DNA of 45,987 bases from positions 1-45,987 of IMG/VR virus record IMGVR_UViG_3300025288_000034; one strand, written 5' to 3'. The notes beneath the pieces are model-generated. The model was not told where the DNA came from. It saw nothing but the letters and a program-made list of their open reading frames with translations, and did not search any database. Positions 25,847 to 34,398 of the stretch are shown here, piece by piece. The position numbers were made by a program, and so were the translations under genes. Every line of letters starts with the position of its first letter. Within the stretch, counting starts at the first letter, position 1. Origin of the DNA: a virus. Taxonomy: Duplodnaviria > Caudoviricetes.

Positions 25847-25968
25847 GCTGGGGGGTTTGACTCGCGCATTGGTGTGTGGGTGCACTGGAGCGCGAGACAA
25901 TGAGTGGGCGGGTAGCACTGTGCCTGTTACCCGCCCACAACATCATGGCACAAGAAGGAATCACAAGC

Positions 25969-26352
25969 ATGGCTGAGAAAGTGGCGGTGCCGGCGGCGGG
26001 GGTGGAAGTCCCCTCTGTTTTTGTGTGTACCCCCATCAAGGAGTTTAAACTCGGGGAGTACCAGTTTCATAACGGCAGGCTGGAATTTACGGACGCGAAG
26101 GCTGCTCAGAAATTCGAGGAGTTTCTGGCAGGACTCGCGCCGCAAACGCGCGGAATGGTGAAGCAGGTTTCGCTGGAAGTCGCGGAGAAATTGGCTTCGA
26201 CTTTCCTTTCGAAGGACGCGACGGCCATCTCTGGGGTCGCCACCAGTGACTCAATGCGTGCGGCGGCGAAGATCGCGGAAGATCAGGACACAGCCAAACG
26301 GAATGCTGCTTCGCTTGCCGCGGCAGTTGCAGCCGCTACGGCGCAGAACTAA
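25969..26352 (+). CDS. Hypothetical virion-associated protein (127 aa)
   Basis: GAAGGA RBS before ATG 25969. Confidence 0.75.
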   Translation: MAEKVAVPAAGVEVPSVFVCTPIKEFKLGEYQFHNGRLEFTDAKAAQKFEEFLAGLAPQTRGMVKQVSLEVAEKLASTFLSKDATAISGVATSDSMRAAAKIAEDQDTAKRNAASLAAAVAAATAQN

Positions 26353-26367
26353 GGACGGACTCACGTC

Positions 26368-27072
26368 ATGACCACCTTCAGCCAGCTTGTTGATAGGGTT
26401 GCAGCGCAAACGTCGCGTGTGGATCTGCTCGACACGCTGGCTTCTTATTTGAATCTCACAATGCGGGAACTGTTTTCCAACGCGAGGAACTTGCCTGTTG
26501 TATATGGAGCTTCCCGTGTGGAGGAGCAGCTGGCTGCGAATCTTGAGACAGGGTTTGTGTGGAATCCCGCAAAGCCTTTCCTCTTCCAGATGCTGGAAAC
26601 TGCGCGCTATGACAGCGTGCTTGACCACAATGGGTGCCCCATTTACCCCGAGGAAGTGAATCCCGGCAGGCAGGTCAATCGCAAGGACTGGTTCTACTAT
26701 CGCACCGGCGATGCTTTCGCGTTTGCGGGTTATGGGGGACTCGGTTCCCTGATCTCCCTCTCGTATTTTCAATACGTCCCCTCCTTGAAGTATTACCCGC
26801 AGGGTGCGACTCGTCCAGCGAATTTCGACATCGTGGATGGGTGGACGTATAACGCCCCGTTCGACGTGGACTCAGCAGCGAATCTCGCCGGGCAAGCCCT
26901 CGTTACGAATTGGCTCCTCATGCGGTGGAGTGAAGTGATTGAGGAAGGGTTGAGGTCGAAATTGTACAAGCATGTGGGAGATGATGCTAGGTCGAGAATC
27001 TCTTTCTCCTTGTATCAGAACCTGAAAACTCAGCTGCAACAGTCTGAGGCAATATCTTCGTTGCGGCAGTGA
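26368..27072 (+). CDS. Putative head-tail adaptor / tail tubular protein A
   Basis: MTTFSQLVD.V....R.DL N-terminus and TNWLL...Y C-terminus typical of podovirus adaptors. Confidence 0.65.
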   Translation: MTTFSQLVDRVAAQTSRVDLLDTLASYLNLTMRELFSNARNLPVVYGASRVEEQLAANLETGFVWNPAKPFLFQMLETARYDSVLDHNGCPIYPEEVNPGRQVNRKDWFYYRTGDAFAFAGYGGLGSLISLSYFQYVPSLKYYPQGATRPANFDIVDGWTYNAPFDVDSAANLAGQALVTNWLLMRWSEVIEEGLRSKLYKHVGDDARSRISFSLYQNLKTQLQQSEAISSLRQ

Positions 27073-27111
27073 TCGCGGGGGAGTAGCAATGGTAAAGAAG
27101 AATGAGTGGTC

Positions 27112-27396
27112 ATGGAAGAGGTCTTCTTGCAGTATGGGCCCTTGGGCGGTGCGGTGGTAATCCTTATAGCATGGGTAGGCCGAATCCAACACCGCACCGA
27201 CAAATTACAGCAAGAGCTGTCAGATGTGTCGGGGCAGACAATGACTCGTGCGGAGTTCAAGGCTGACTTGAGGTCGTACAAAGAGGATGAAGTGCGCCTG
27301 CAAAAGGCGCAACACCACATGCTTGTGGAACAGATGAATCAGGTGCGTTCTGCCCTTGAACGGATGGATCGGCGTCTCGACAACCTTGTGGAATAG
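27112..27396 (+). CDS. Single-pass membrane protein with coiled coil (holin/antiholin-like)
   Basis: YGPLGGAVVILIAWVG hydrophobic segment followed by a heptad-rich tail. Confidence 0.55.
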   Translation: MEEVFLQYGPLGGAVVILIAWVGRIQHRTDKLQQELSDVSGQTMTRAEFKADLRSYKEDEVRLQKAQHHMLVEQMNQVRSALERMDRRLDNLVE

Positions 27397-27408
27397 AAAG
27401 GATTCACA

Positions 27409-27825
27409 ATGGCTAATGCATTGTATAACAAGTTTAAGGAGCAGCTGTTGCAAGGGGGAGTCAATCTCTCGACGGCTGTGGTCAAAGCCGTGATTGTAGA
27501 CACAGCCGGCGGCGCGACCAATTACGCGTTCTCCCAGACTCACGAGTTCCTGTCGGATGTTGCGGCGGGTGCTCGGCGGGGCACGACGGTTGCGCTGACG
27601 GGAAAGACGTTTACGAGCGGGACATTCGACGCGGCGGATATTCCGGGGGCGTTTGCCTCTCTGACCGGCGGTGCGGTCGAGGGGGTGATTTTCTTTGTAG
27701 ACACAGGCGTTGAGACAACGAGTCGCCTTATCGCTTTCTTCGACACTGGTGGGGGGCTGCCATTTACCCCCACAGGGAATAACGTGGACATGATCTTCAA
27801 CGCCAGCGGGATTTTCTCGTTGTAG
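27409..27825 (+). CDS. Conserved small virion protein, putative fibre subunit (138 aa)
   Basis: MANALY...H.FLSDV...GKT...G.FDAAD...LIAFFDT..GLP.TP.G...IFSL pattern, recognised from phage minor structural proteins. Confidence 0.7.
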   Translation: MANALYNKFKEQLLQGGVNLSTAVVKAVIVDTAGGATNYAFSQTHEFLSDVAAGARRGTTVALTGKTFTSGTFDAADIPGAFASLTGGAVEGVIFFVDTGVETTSRLIAFFDTGGGLPFTPTGNNVDMIFNASGIFSL

Positions 27826-27860
27826 CAGACCGCAGCTGCAATAAAGAAAGGAAGACTCAA

Positions 27861-28103
27861 ATGCATTATCGGAACGGCCGCGAGGCCAAGAACGGCGACA
27901 AAATCGTGCAACTCAACGGCGGCGAAGTTGTCGCTTTCGGCGTGTTGCACAGCGCGACGGAGGGCAATGACTACTGCAATGGGTACATTGCAACGATTCA
28001 GCCTGCGGCCCAATACGCCTGCATGTGTGATTGTCTGCATGTCGATGATGTGGGTGAGTTGCTTGCGGAGGCAGAATTGGACAAGCGCCCGCCAGGGCTG
28101 TGA
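27861..28103 (+). CDS. Small Cys-containing hypothetical protein (80 aa)
   Basis: AAGGA RBS; MHYRNGREAKNGDKIV N-terminus; CMCDCLHVDD. Confidence 0.75.
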   Translation: MHYRNGREAKNGDKIVQLNGGEVVAFGVLHSATEGNDYCNGYIATIQPAAQYACMCDCLHVDDVGELLAEAELDKRPPGL

Positions 28104-28143
28104 TCGCGCCGGCGATAAAGAACGCCTCCAGTAGGTGAACTTG

Positions 28144-28182
28144 AGGGAGTCCACCTGTAGACTGGCGGACTCCCTATTTTTT
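28144..28182 (+). terminator. Intrinsic terminator upstream of the long fibre gene
   Basis: AGGGAGTCC/GGACTCCCT stem followed by ATTTTTT. Confidence 0.75.
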
Positions 28183-28206
28183 ATTGCGCGAAGGACTTGA
28201 TGGAAA

Positions 28207-31200
28207 ATGGCGTTCCCGCAAATAGTTGGTTCGGCGATAACGACAGAGGCTTCGCAAGGCGGGGATCCGCACACGGTTAATCTACCGGCCGGGATTCAAT
28301 CCGGCGACCTTCTCGTCATGGGCGTTTGTCCGCGCGGTACGTCTGGCGCCACATCGACAGGATGGACGCGATTCGACAATCCGCTAACGTCCAGTCCCAA
28401 CGCGCGCGTTTTGTGGAAGATCGCCGACGGGACTGAAGGCGCAACGGTTTCGGTCTCCGCCGCCTACAACAACATTGGTGCGGTTGTATTGCGAATCACC
28501 GGGCATGACTCGGTGAATCCGATCGAGGCGGCTGCATGGGTGAACGTCGATGGCGGCGTGGCGCAATCCATCGACCCGGCTGTGTTGACTCCGACGGGCG
28601 GGGCGAAGGATTATCTGTGGCTGGCGTTCGGCGGTCATGAAGCGCAGAGCACCGACTACTGGCTGTCAGGTCCGGTTGTACCTGCGAATTATACGGAGAT
28701 CGCTCGCTCCGCCTTCATCGCGCAGTTTGCGCGCGCAATTTTTGGCTCGCGAGAGTTAAACGCAGCGAGTGAAGACCCGGGGCTGATGGATTTCGGCTCC
28801 GCAGATTTTGGCAAGCGAGCGTTGACTCTCGCGATTGTACCCGCGGCTGCCCCACAAAACGACATTCTGAATGTCCCCGCGCTGGGTAGTGGGGTTGTGC
28901 TCAGCGCGCCCGTCCCCACTGCGCAGAGCAACGAGACTCTCTCTATCCCACAGAGCAGTTTTGGCGCGACACTTCACGCCGTTTCCCTCGTGGGACAGGG
29001 GAACGACTCTGTAGCCGTGCCTGCATTACCAGCCGGTACGATCACATTTGTCCCCTCGTTAACGAATCAAAGCAACACCTCTGTCTCCATACCGGCGTTG
29101 GCCTCTGGGACTGCCCTGTTTGTGCCCACCCTAACGGGGCAGGGGAATGATCAGCTTGTAGTAGCGAATCTTGCACCAACAAGCGGTTTGTTTTCGCCTT
29201 CACTTGTTGTACAGAACAATGAAACATTAGACATTGTTGCGTTGGTTTCCGGTACGGTACTCAACCCCGTCGCGCTGCAAGCCTCCGGAGTCGACGTGTT
29301 GGCAGTTCCCTCTCTGGGGCCCGACACGTTAACATTTGTTCCTGCGTTGCAGGGGCAGGGGAATCAGGGTGTTGTGATACCCCTGTTTGTGGCGGGGAAT
29401 GCCGTCAGCGCACCCGGGCTAACTGCGCAGGGCAATGAGTCACTTGCCTTGGCAGCCATTGCATCAACGTCTGCGTTGTTCGTTCCTGTTCTGCAGAGTC
29501 AAAACGACCAAAGCCTTGCCGTCCCCGTCTTGGCCTCTAGCGGTGCCATCGGGGGCGCCACGTTTGTTGATCAGGGCGCAGATTCCCTGGTTGTCTCTTC
29601 AGTGGTTTCGGGCGCGTTGCTGTTTACACCCGCATTTACGACCGTCGATGCGTTGCAGATTCCATCAATTCCTGCAGGTACCGTACTTGGTCCTGTCGCG
29701 TTGATGGATGCGGTCGTCGGGATCATATCCCTGCAGACTCTGACTTCCACGGTACGCCTGAACCCGCCTTCGCTGGAGGATGCGCAGCTTTCATCCTTGC
29801 GAGTGCAGAGTCCGGGCCTCCAGGGGGTGGAGTTAAACCCTATTCCCCCGAATGTGCCGGTGGAATTGCAGGACCTCGTGCCGGGGGAGGTGTTCAATCA
29901 CTTCCAGAATATGCAGGAGATTCTCCATGAGACATATGAAGCGTTGCAGAGCGGTGGCGTCGCCCTGCCTGCGCATGTCTTGAGATTCTACGACATCGAA
30001 CCTAGGTTTGAGGTGGGCTCCGAGGCCAAATTTTTGCACCAGCAGTGGGGATTCCTCTCTGCGACATATGTGCAATTCGGGGAGGATGTGCAGATCGGAG
30101 CGCCCGCCGCGCTCTCGCGTGCATTCGACGGACTCGTTACAACCAAAAAAGCTGATGCGGTGGTGGGGACGGAACTCGGTTTGGTGACGGTGTTTAGTCC
30201 GCCTCCCGCAAGGTCGTATGGGTGGGTATTGACTCGCGGGAGGAACCTACTTCCCCTCACCTCAGACTCTACTATCACGCAGGGCGATGAATTAGGGTGG
30301 AGCGCGGACGGTCGTTTGGCGGAAGCGCAGAATGGTCTCGTAGTCGGGCGGTACGTGGGCGAGGAGGTGATTCTTCAAGGCGGCACTATCAAAGCTGGGG
30401 AGTTGCTTGTCGATGTGCAAAGCAGTGTGGGGAACAAATTCATTGTGGACATTGCGTCCATCAACGCGAGCCTGACACTGATTCAATCTGTCGCGGATGG
30501 ACAGGCATCTTCGATTCTCAACTTGCAGACCTCACAGAACGGCGCGGCGGCCGCGTTGCAGGTAGAGCGTGAAGTGAGAGTCGCTGGGGACGCTGCACTT
30601 GCGAAAAGCGTTGAGTCGCTGGGAGTCTCTCTCGAAGACAAGGCCAATGCGTTCCTTGTAGTTGCGAAGCAGGCCGTTGTGGACGGGGATTCCGCTGTGG
30701 TGTCGTTATTGGAACAGGCGCGTGCGGAATTTTTCAACGCCCTCGTGCCGTTTGAATCCGCGATTGCTACAGCGCAGACGGAGTTGTCAACGCTGGCCGC
30801 GGCGGGACAGGCGGTGTCCAAAACGCTCACTGGAGTTGAAGCGCGGATTTCCAACGACGGGATCAATCTGTTCCCGGATCCCAACTTTGGGAATGATGAC
30901 GGGGGATGGGAGTCTCTCTCCCCGCAACACGATTTTGTCAGTGATGTACTGGCTCCGCCGGTGTTTGCCAAGGTGGTGCAATTCATAGCGAATGGGGCGG
31001 TAAATGACTCGGTAGTCATTATCATCCCAGTCACTGCGGGGGAGAAGCTGTTTGCGGAATACCATGCATTGAAAGGCGCTGGAGTGAATGTCGGCGCAAC
31101 CTTCGGGGTGGTGCTGGAGTTTCTTGATGCTGTGGATGCGACGGTCTCGTTTGGGACGATTTTCGTGGGTGAGTCTCAGTTGTCCACAACGGCATGGACT

Positions 31201-32892
31201 CCCTTCAAGAGCACGCTTACAGTGCCGGTGGGAGCGGTTAGCGCCAAACTCACGTTGACCAACCGAGAGACTCATACGGCGGGGCTGTTGTATCTGGGCG
31301 CGCCGCGCCTGTTCCGGTTTGAGAGTGGGGCGGATGTAACCGCGACGGCCTCGGCTTTCACGAGTCTTGAGGCTAGGGTTACAAGTGCGGAGGGGACGAT
31401 TACCTCGCAGGCCAGCGCGATTACTGCGCTGAACGCTGTAGTGGATTTGAGGAATCGTACCTTCGTACAAACAACCGCTCCGACGGCGGACAACGTGGGT
31501 GACTTGTGGTTTGACAGTGACGACTCATTTAAGCCGTACCGCTGGAATGGCTCCGCGTGGGTTGCTGTACAGGATTTGCGTGCGGCGAAGACGTTTGCGC
31601 AAGGGACTCAACCCACGGCGACAACGGTTGGGGACCTTTGGATCAATACGGCTGACAACAATCGAGTCAAACGATGGAACGGCACTTCGTGGGTTGACTT
31701 GGCGGATGCGCGAGTTGCTGCAAACGCATCTGCGATTTCTACTCTTGACACAAGAGTCACAACCGCAGAAGGAAATATCACCAGTAATGCCAGCGCAGTT
31801 ACTGCGGTACAGACTCAGGTTAATGGGGGTCTTGATGCTTCGGGGGTGTTGAAACCTGGGGTGCATTCCCTAGCGTCACTTCTCGATCGACTCGCGGGGA
31901 ACATCCAATACGCAGGGGGGCAATCAGTTGAGTCTCTGAAACCTGCCGTTGCAGGCGCGGATACAACAGCTACAGCGACGGCATTCACTTCTCTGTCAGC
32001 GACAGTTACGACGCAAGGGAGTCAATTAACGACCGTACGCGCGCAGTGGGGTGTTGTTGTTGATGTCAACAACAGGATTACCGGCGCGCTCAAATTGGAT
32101 GCGTCGTTGACGGAGTCTACATTCGATGTGCTCGCGAATAAATTCCGCGTGTTTAACGGTGCCACAGACGTCCCGACTTTTGCTGCGATTGGGGGGTCTG
32201 TTTTTCTAAATGGGATTCCCCTCACACAAGATGTACAAGCAGATGACGGGGCGTCATTACGCGCAATTGGTGTGGGAGTCGGAGATCAAGTCGCGTTTCA
32301 CGGAGTACCTGTTACGTTTTCTAAATCGTGGGGTACGATTCCTACGATTCTTTTCCCATCAGGGGGTAAAGCACGACATTCTGCGTTCTCTGACGCGCAG
32401 GAGCATGTATACAAGGCGACTAACATTACATTGTCGGGATTCACTCCTAGCCTGTTGATCCGCGATCCTGTAGGGACGGATACGCCTGTAACAGACTCTG
32501 GAGCAATTTCTGCTACCGACGGACCCACAACGCGTATTCTCAAAAGTGCGACGTTGCCTGATAAAAACGACTCATACCTGTTTACTTACAATGTCACAGT
32601 GCCAGCCGGAGAGGTGGTGGTTGTAGTTTTTTGGACTCGCTTCACTGCAACAGGTGCGTGGACACAGAGAGATTCTGTGGTACATAACGCCAGCGGCAAC
32701 GGTAAAACGCGATTTGTCGTGGTGGTTGGATTGGGTGCAGCCGCGGAGTTTGGACTGTCTACGGGACTCGGTAGCGTAACATTCACTTCCGTGTCGTATA
32801 CCACCAACAGCGGGGCGTTAACCACATCGGCCACGCCTGCTGGTTCGTCGGGAGTCCCGTATTTTATTATCGGAAACAAGGAGACAGTGTAA
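28207..32892 (+). CDS. Large modular fibre/receptor-binding protein (1561 aa)
   Basis: 24-aa repeats, coiled coils, CBM-like NLFPDPNF domain, two GDLW...RWNG..W repeats, DUF1983-like segment (WGVVVDVNNRITG...FDVLANKF). Confidence 0.85.
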   Translation: MAFPQIVGSAITTEASQGGDPHTVNLPAGIQSGDLLVMGVCPRGTSGATSTGWTRFDNPLTSSPNARVLWKIADGTEGATVSVSAAYNNIGAVVLRITGHDSVNPIEAAAWVNVDGGVAQSIDPAVLTPTGGAKDYLWLAFGGHEAQSTDYWLSGPVVPANYTEIARSAFIAQFARAIFGSRELNAASEDPGLMDFGSADFGKRALTLAIVPAAAPQNDILNVPALGSGVVLSAPVPTAQSNETLSIPQSSFGATLHAVSLVGQGNDSVAVPALPAGTITFVPSLTNQSNTSVSIPALASGTALFVPTLTGQGNDQLVVANLAPTSGLFSPSLVVQNNETLDIVALVSGTVLNPVALQASGVDVLAVPSLGPDTLTFVPALQGQGNQGVVIPLFVAGNAVSAPGLTAQGNESLALAAIASTSALFVPVLQSQNDQSLAVPVLASSGAIGGATFVDQGADSLVVSSVVSGALLFTPAFTTVDALQIPSIPAGTVLGPVALMDAVVGIISLQTLTSTVRLNPPSLEDAQLSSLRVQSPGLQGVELNPIPPNVPVELQDLVPGEVFNHFQNMQEILHETYEALQSGGVALPAHVLRFYDIEPRFEVGSEAKFLHQQWGFLSATYVQFGEDVQIGAPAALSRAFDGLVTTKKADAVVGTELGLVTVFSPPPARSYGWVLTRGRNLLPLTSDSTITQGDELGWSADGRLAEAQNGLVVGRYVGEEVILQGGTIKAGELLVDVQSSVGNKFIVDIASINASLTLIQSVADGQASSILNLQTSQNGAAAALQVEREVRVAGDAALAKSVESLGVSLEDKANAFLVVAKQAVVDGDSAVVSLLEQARAEFFNALVPFESAIATAQTELSTLAAAGQAVSKTLTGVEARISNDGINLFPDPNFGNDDGGWESLSPQHDFVSDVLAPPVFAKVVQFIANGAVNDSVVIIIPVTAGEKLFAEYHALKGAGVNVGATFGVVLEFLDAVDATVSFGTIFVGESQLSTTAWTPFKSTLTVPVGAVSAKLTLTNRETHTAGLLYLGAPRLFRFESGADVTATASAFTSLEARVTSAEGTITSQASAITALNAVVDLRNRTFVQTTAPTADNVGDLWFDSDDSFKPYRWNGSAWVAVQDLRAAKTFAQGTQPTATTVGDLWINTADNNRVKRWNGTSWVDLADARVAANASAISTLDTRVTTAEGNITSNASAVTAVQTQVNGGLDASGVLKPGVHSLASLLDRLAGNIQYAGGQSVESLKPAVAGADTTATATAFTSLSATVTTQGSQLTTVRAQWGVVVDVNNRITGALKLDASLTESTFDVLANKFRVFNGATDVPTFAAIGGSVFLNGIPLTQDVQADDGASLRAIGVGVGDQVAFHGVPVTFSKSWGTIPTILFPSGGKARHSAFSDAQEHVYKATNITLSGFTPSLLIRDPVGTDTPVTDSGAISATDGPTTRILKSATLPDKNDSYLFTYNVTVPAGEVVVVVFWTRFTATGAWTQRDSVVHNASGNGKTRFVVVVGLGAAAEFGLSTGLGSVTFTSVSYTTNSGALTTSATPAGSSGVPYFIIGNKETV
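28858..29787 (+). repeat. About 13 tandem 24-aa protein repeats (72-bp period)
   Basis: Consensus N(D/E)SL.VP.L.SG..LF.P.L..Q(G/S/N), aligned by eye. Confidence 0.85.
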
Positions 32893-33287
32893 TGCCGCCG
32901 TGGGAATTGAGAACATATGAGAGCGACATGCGAGCTGCACGAGTTGTACCAGCGCGGCGCCTTCAAGCGATCGTGCGCACGCATGTGAATCAGAAAAACC
33001 CCCTTGCTGTAGCAGGCGCGACATTCTATCGTTGCCCTATTTGCGAAACTCCGCGGCCGCCTTTCGCTTTGGTGGAGGTGTCGAGTCTTCCGCATGAACT
33101 GACCGGAGGCGCTGCCTACGCCTGCGATGGCTGCTGGACGAAATGGGAGCGGGAGGAGCGGGTGTTATCGGATGGAAGAGTCTTCGACGAAGCTTTGATG
33201 TATGAGATTTTCAATGCCCCTCCCACAATGATTGCGCAGACGCGGGAGTCGATTGCCTCGGTCAAGGCGTTACGCCGTATACGGTGA
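32892..33287 (+). CDS. Zinc-binding protein, possible fibre assembly chaperone
   Basis: CPIC and CDGC pairs; TAATG coupling to the fibre gene. Confidence 0.65.
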   Translation: MPPWELRTYESDMRAARVVPARRLQAIVRTHVNQKNPLAVAGATFYRCPICETPRPPFALVEVSSLPHELTGGAAYACDGCWTKWEREERVLSDGRVFDEALMYEIFNAPPTMIAQTRESIASVKALRRIR

Positions 33288-33393
33288 AACAAAAGAGTCT
33301 CTGTTTTCTGTTGTATAACCATGTACCCACCGCATACATTGCGCTAAGCTGTGTACACCAAACGGCTTGAGAAGCAACAACGGAGCAAGAAAC

Positions 33394-33549
33394 ATGGACC
33401 CGACTATTGACCCCGGAGTCATTGCGATCATTATGTTGATCAGCCAATTCATCGGCCGTCTCATTCCGGACGGCGTGGGCGGGGTGCTCGGCGCCATTCG
33501 CCGGATCGCCAAGACTGTCGGAGTCTACACGGACAATCGAAAAGAGTGA
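33394..33549 (+). CDS. Putative holin (51 aa)
   Basis: Hydrophobic segment(s) and basic C-terminus; directly before spanin-like genes; GGAG RBS. Confidence 0.55.
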   Translation: MDPTIDPGVIAIIMLISQFIGRLIPDGVGGVLGAIRRIAKTVGVYTDNRKE

Positions 33550-33559
33550 GCGTGAAGCT

Positions 33560-33787
33560 GTGATGTCAGCGCTGCTGTCACTGTTGGGGGGTCTGTATAA
33601 GAGTCTTATACAGACCCTCCTCCCTATTCTCTACGGCGCCTCGGTCGCAAGGAACAGGGAGTTGAGGAAAACAAACGCGGAGTTGAAACGTCATGCGGAA
33701 ATTGATTCTTCTCCTGTTACCCCTGATGATGCTGTTGCAGGGTTGCGCAATTTTGGGCGGAAGAAGCGGGGCGACGCGCCCGATTGA
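33560..33787 (+). CDS. Putative inner-membrane spanin (Rz-like)
   Basis: Hydrophobic N-terminus plus short coiled coil; 3' end overlapped by a lipoprotein gene. Confidence 0.55.
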   Translation: MMSALLSLLGGLYKSLIQTLLPILYGASVARNRELRKTNAELKRHAEIDSSPVTPDDAVAGLRNFGRKKRGDAPD

Positions 33788-33950
33788 GGCGTTTCCACCG
33801 TTCCCTCCGCCGTCGGATGCGGCACTAGACTCTCTGGAGCAATGCCGCAATCCCGCGCTGGATGAATGGTTGATCGAGTTATGCAAGTTGTGCGAGAAAC
33901 TCGACAAGGAGTGCTCATGCGAGCAGAATACAGGTTCCACAATGGATTAG
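33693..33950 (+). CDS. Putative outer-membrane lipoprotein spanin (Rz1-like)
   Basis: MRKLILLLLPLMMLLQGC signal with LQGC lipobox, Pro-rich segment, GGAG RBS, +1 frame overlap. Confidence 0.75.
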   Translation: MRKLILLLLPLMMLLQGCAILGGRSGATRPIEAFPPFPPPSDAALDSLEQCRNPALDEWLIELCKLCEKLDKECSCEQNTGSTMD

Positions 33951-34387
33951 TTCTTCCCAACTCCTTCACGGATGCTGGGTTGGACGGGATTCTCAAGGGT
34001 GCGCTTCGCAATGAATGGCCCGCCGGGGGCCTCTTTGTGGGGCTGTGTTCTGCTGTGCCATCGCGCGGGCTTACACTGGCAGATTTGCAGGAACCCACAG
34101 TGGGAGTCAATGGCTACGCGAGACTGGCGCTGGCGCGAAGTGCTGTTGCATGGCCAACTGCGGGGACTCAGAATGGGGACCCCTTCCTTGAGACAGAGGA
34201 TCAGGTATTCACTGCCACGGGAGGGCCGTTCGACAAGGGAATCTTCCGCATGTTCCTCACCGATCAGGCTGTCGCGACGGCTGGGAACGTCTGGGCTCTC
34301 AGCGCGGCCCTGCAGGTTGAATCCGTGATTGACGTGGCCACTCCGGTGGCGGAGCGCACATTCAACTACCGAGTGTATGGGGTCTAG
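33917..34387 (+). CDS. Small virion/fibre-type protein (156 aa)
   Basis: LFVGLC...EP...NGYAR...W...FTA.GG pattern of small phage fibre proteins; AAGGAG RBS. Confidence 0.65.
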   Translation: MRAEYRFHNGLVLPNSFTDAGLDGILKGALRNEWPAGGLFVGLCSAVPSRGLTLADLQEPTVGVNGYARLALARSAVAWPTAGTQNGDPFLETEDQVFTATGGPFDKGIFRMFLTDQAVATAGNVWALSAALQVESVIDVATPVAERTFNYRVYGV

Positions 34388-34398
34388 GGAGTCACAGA

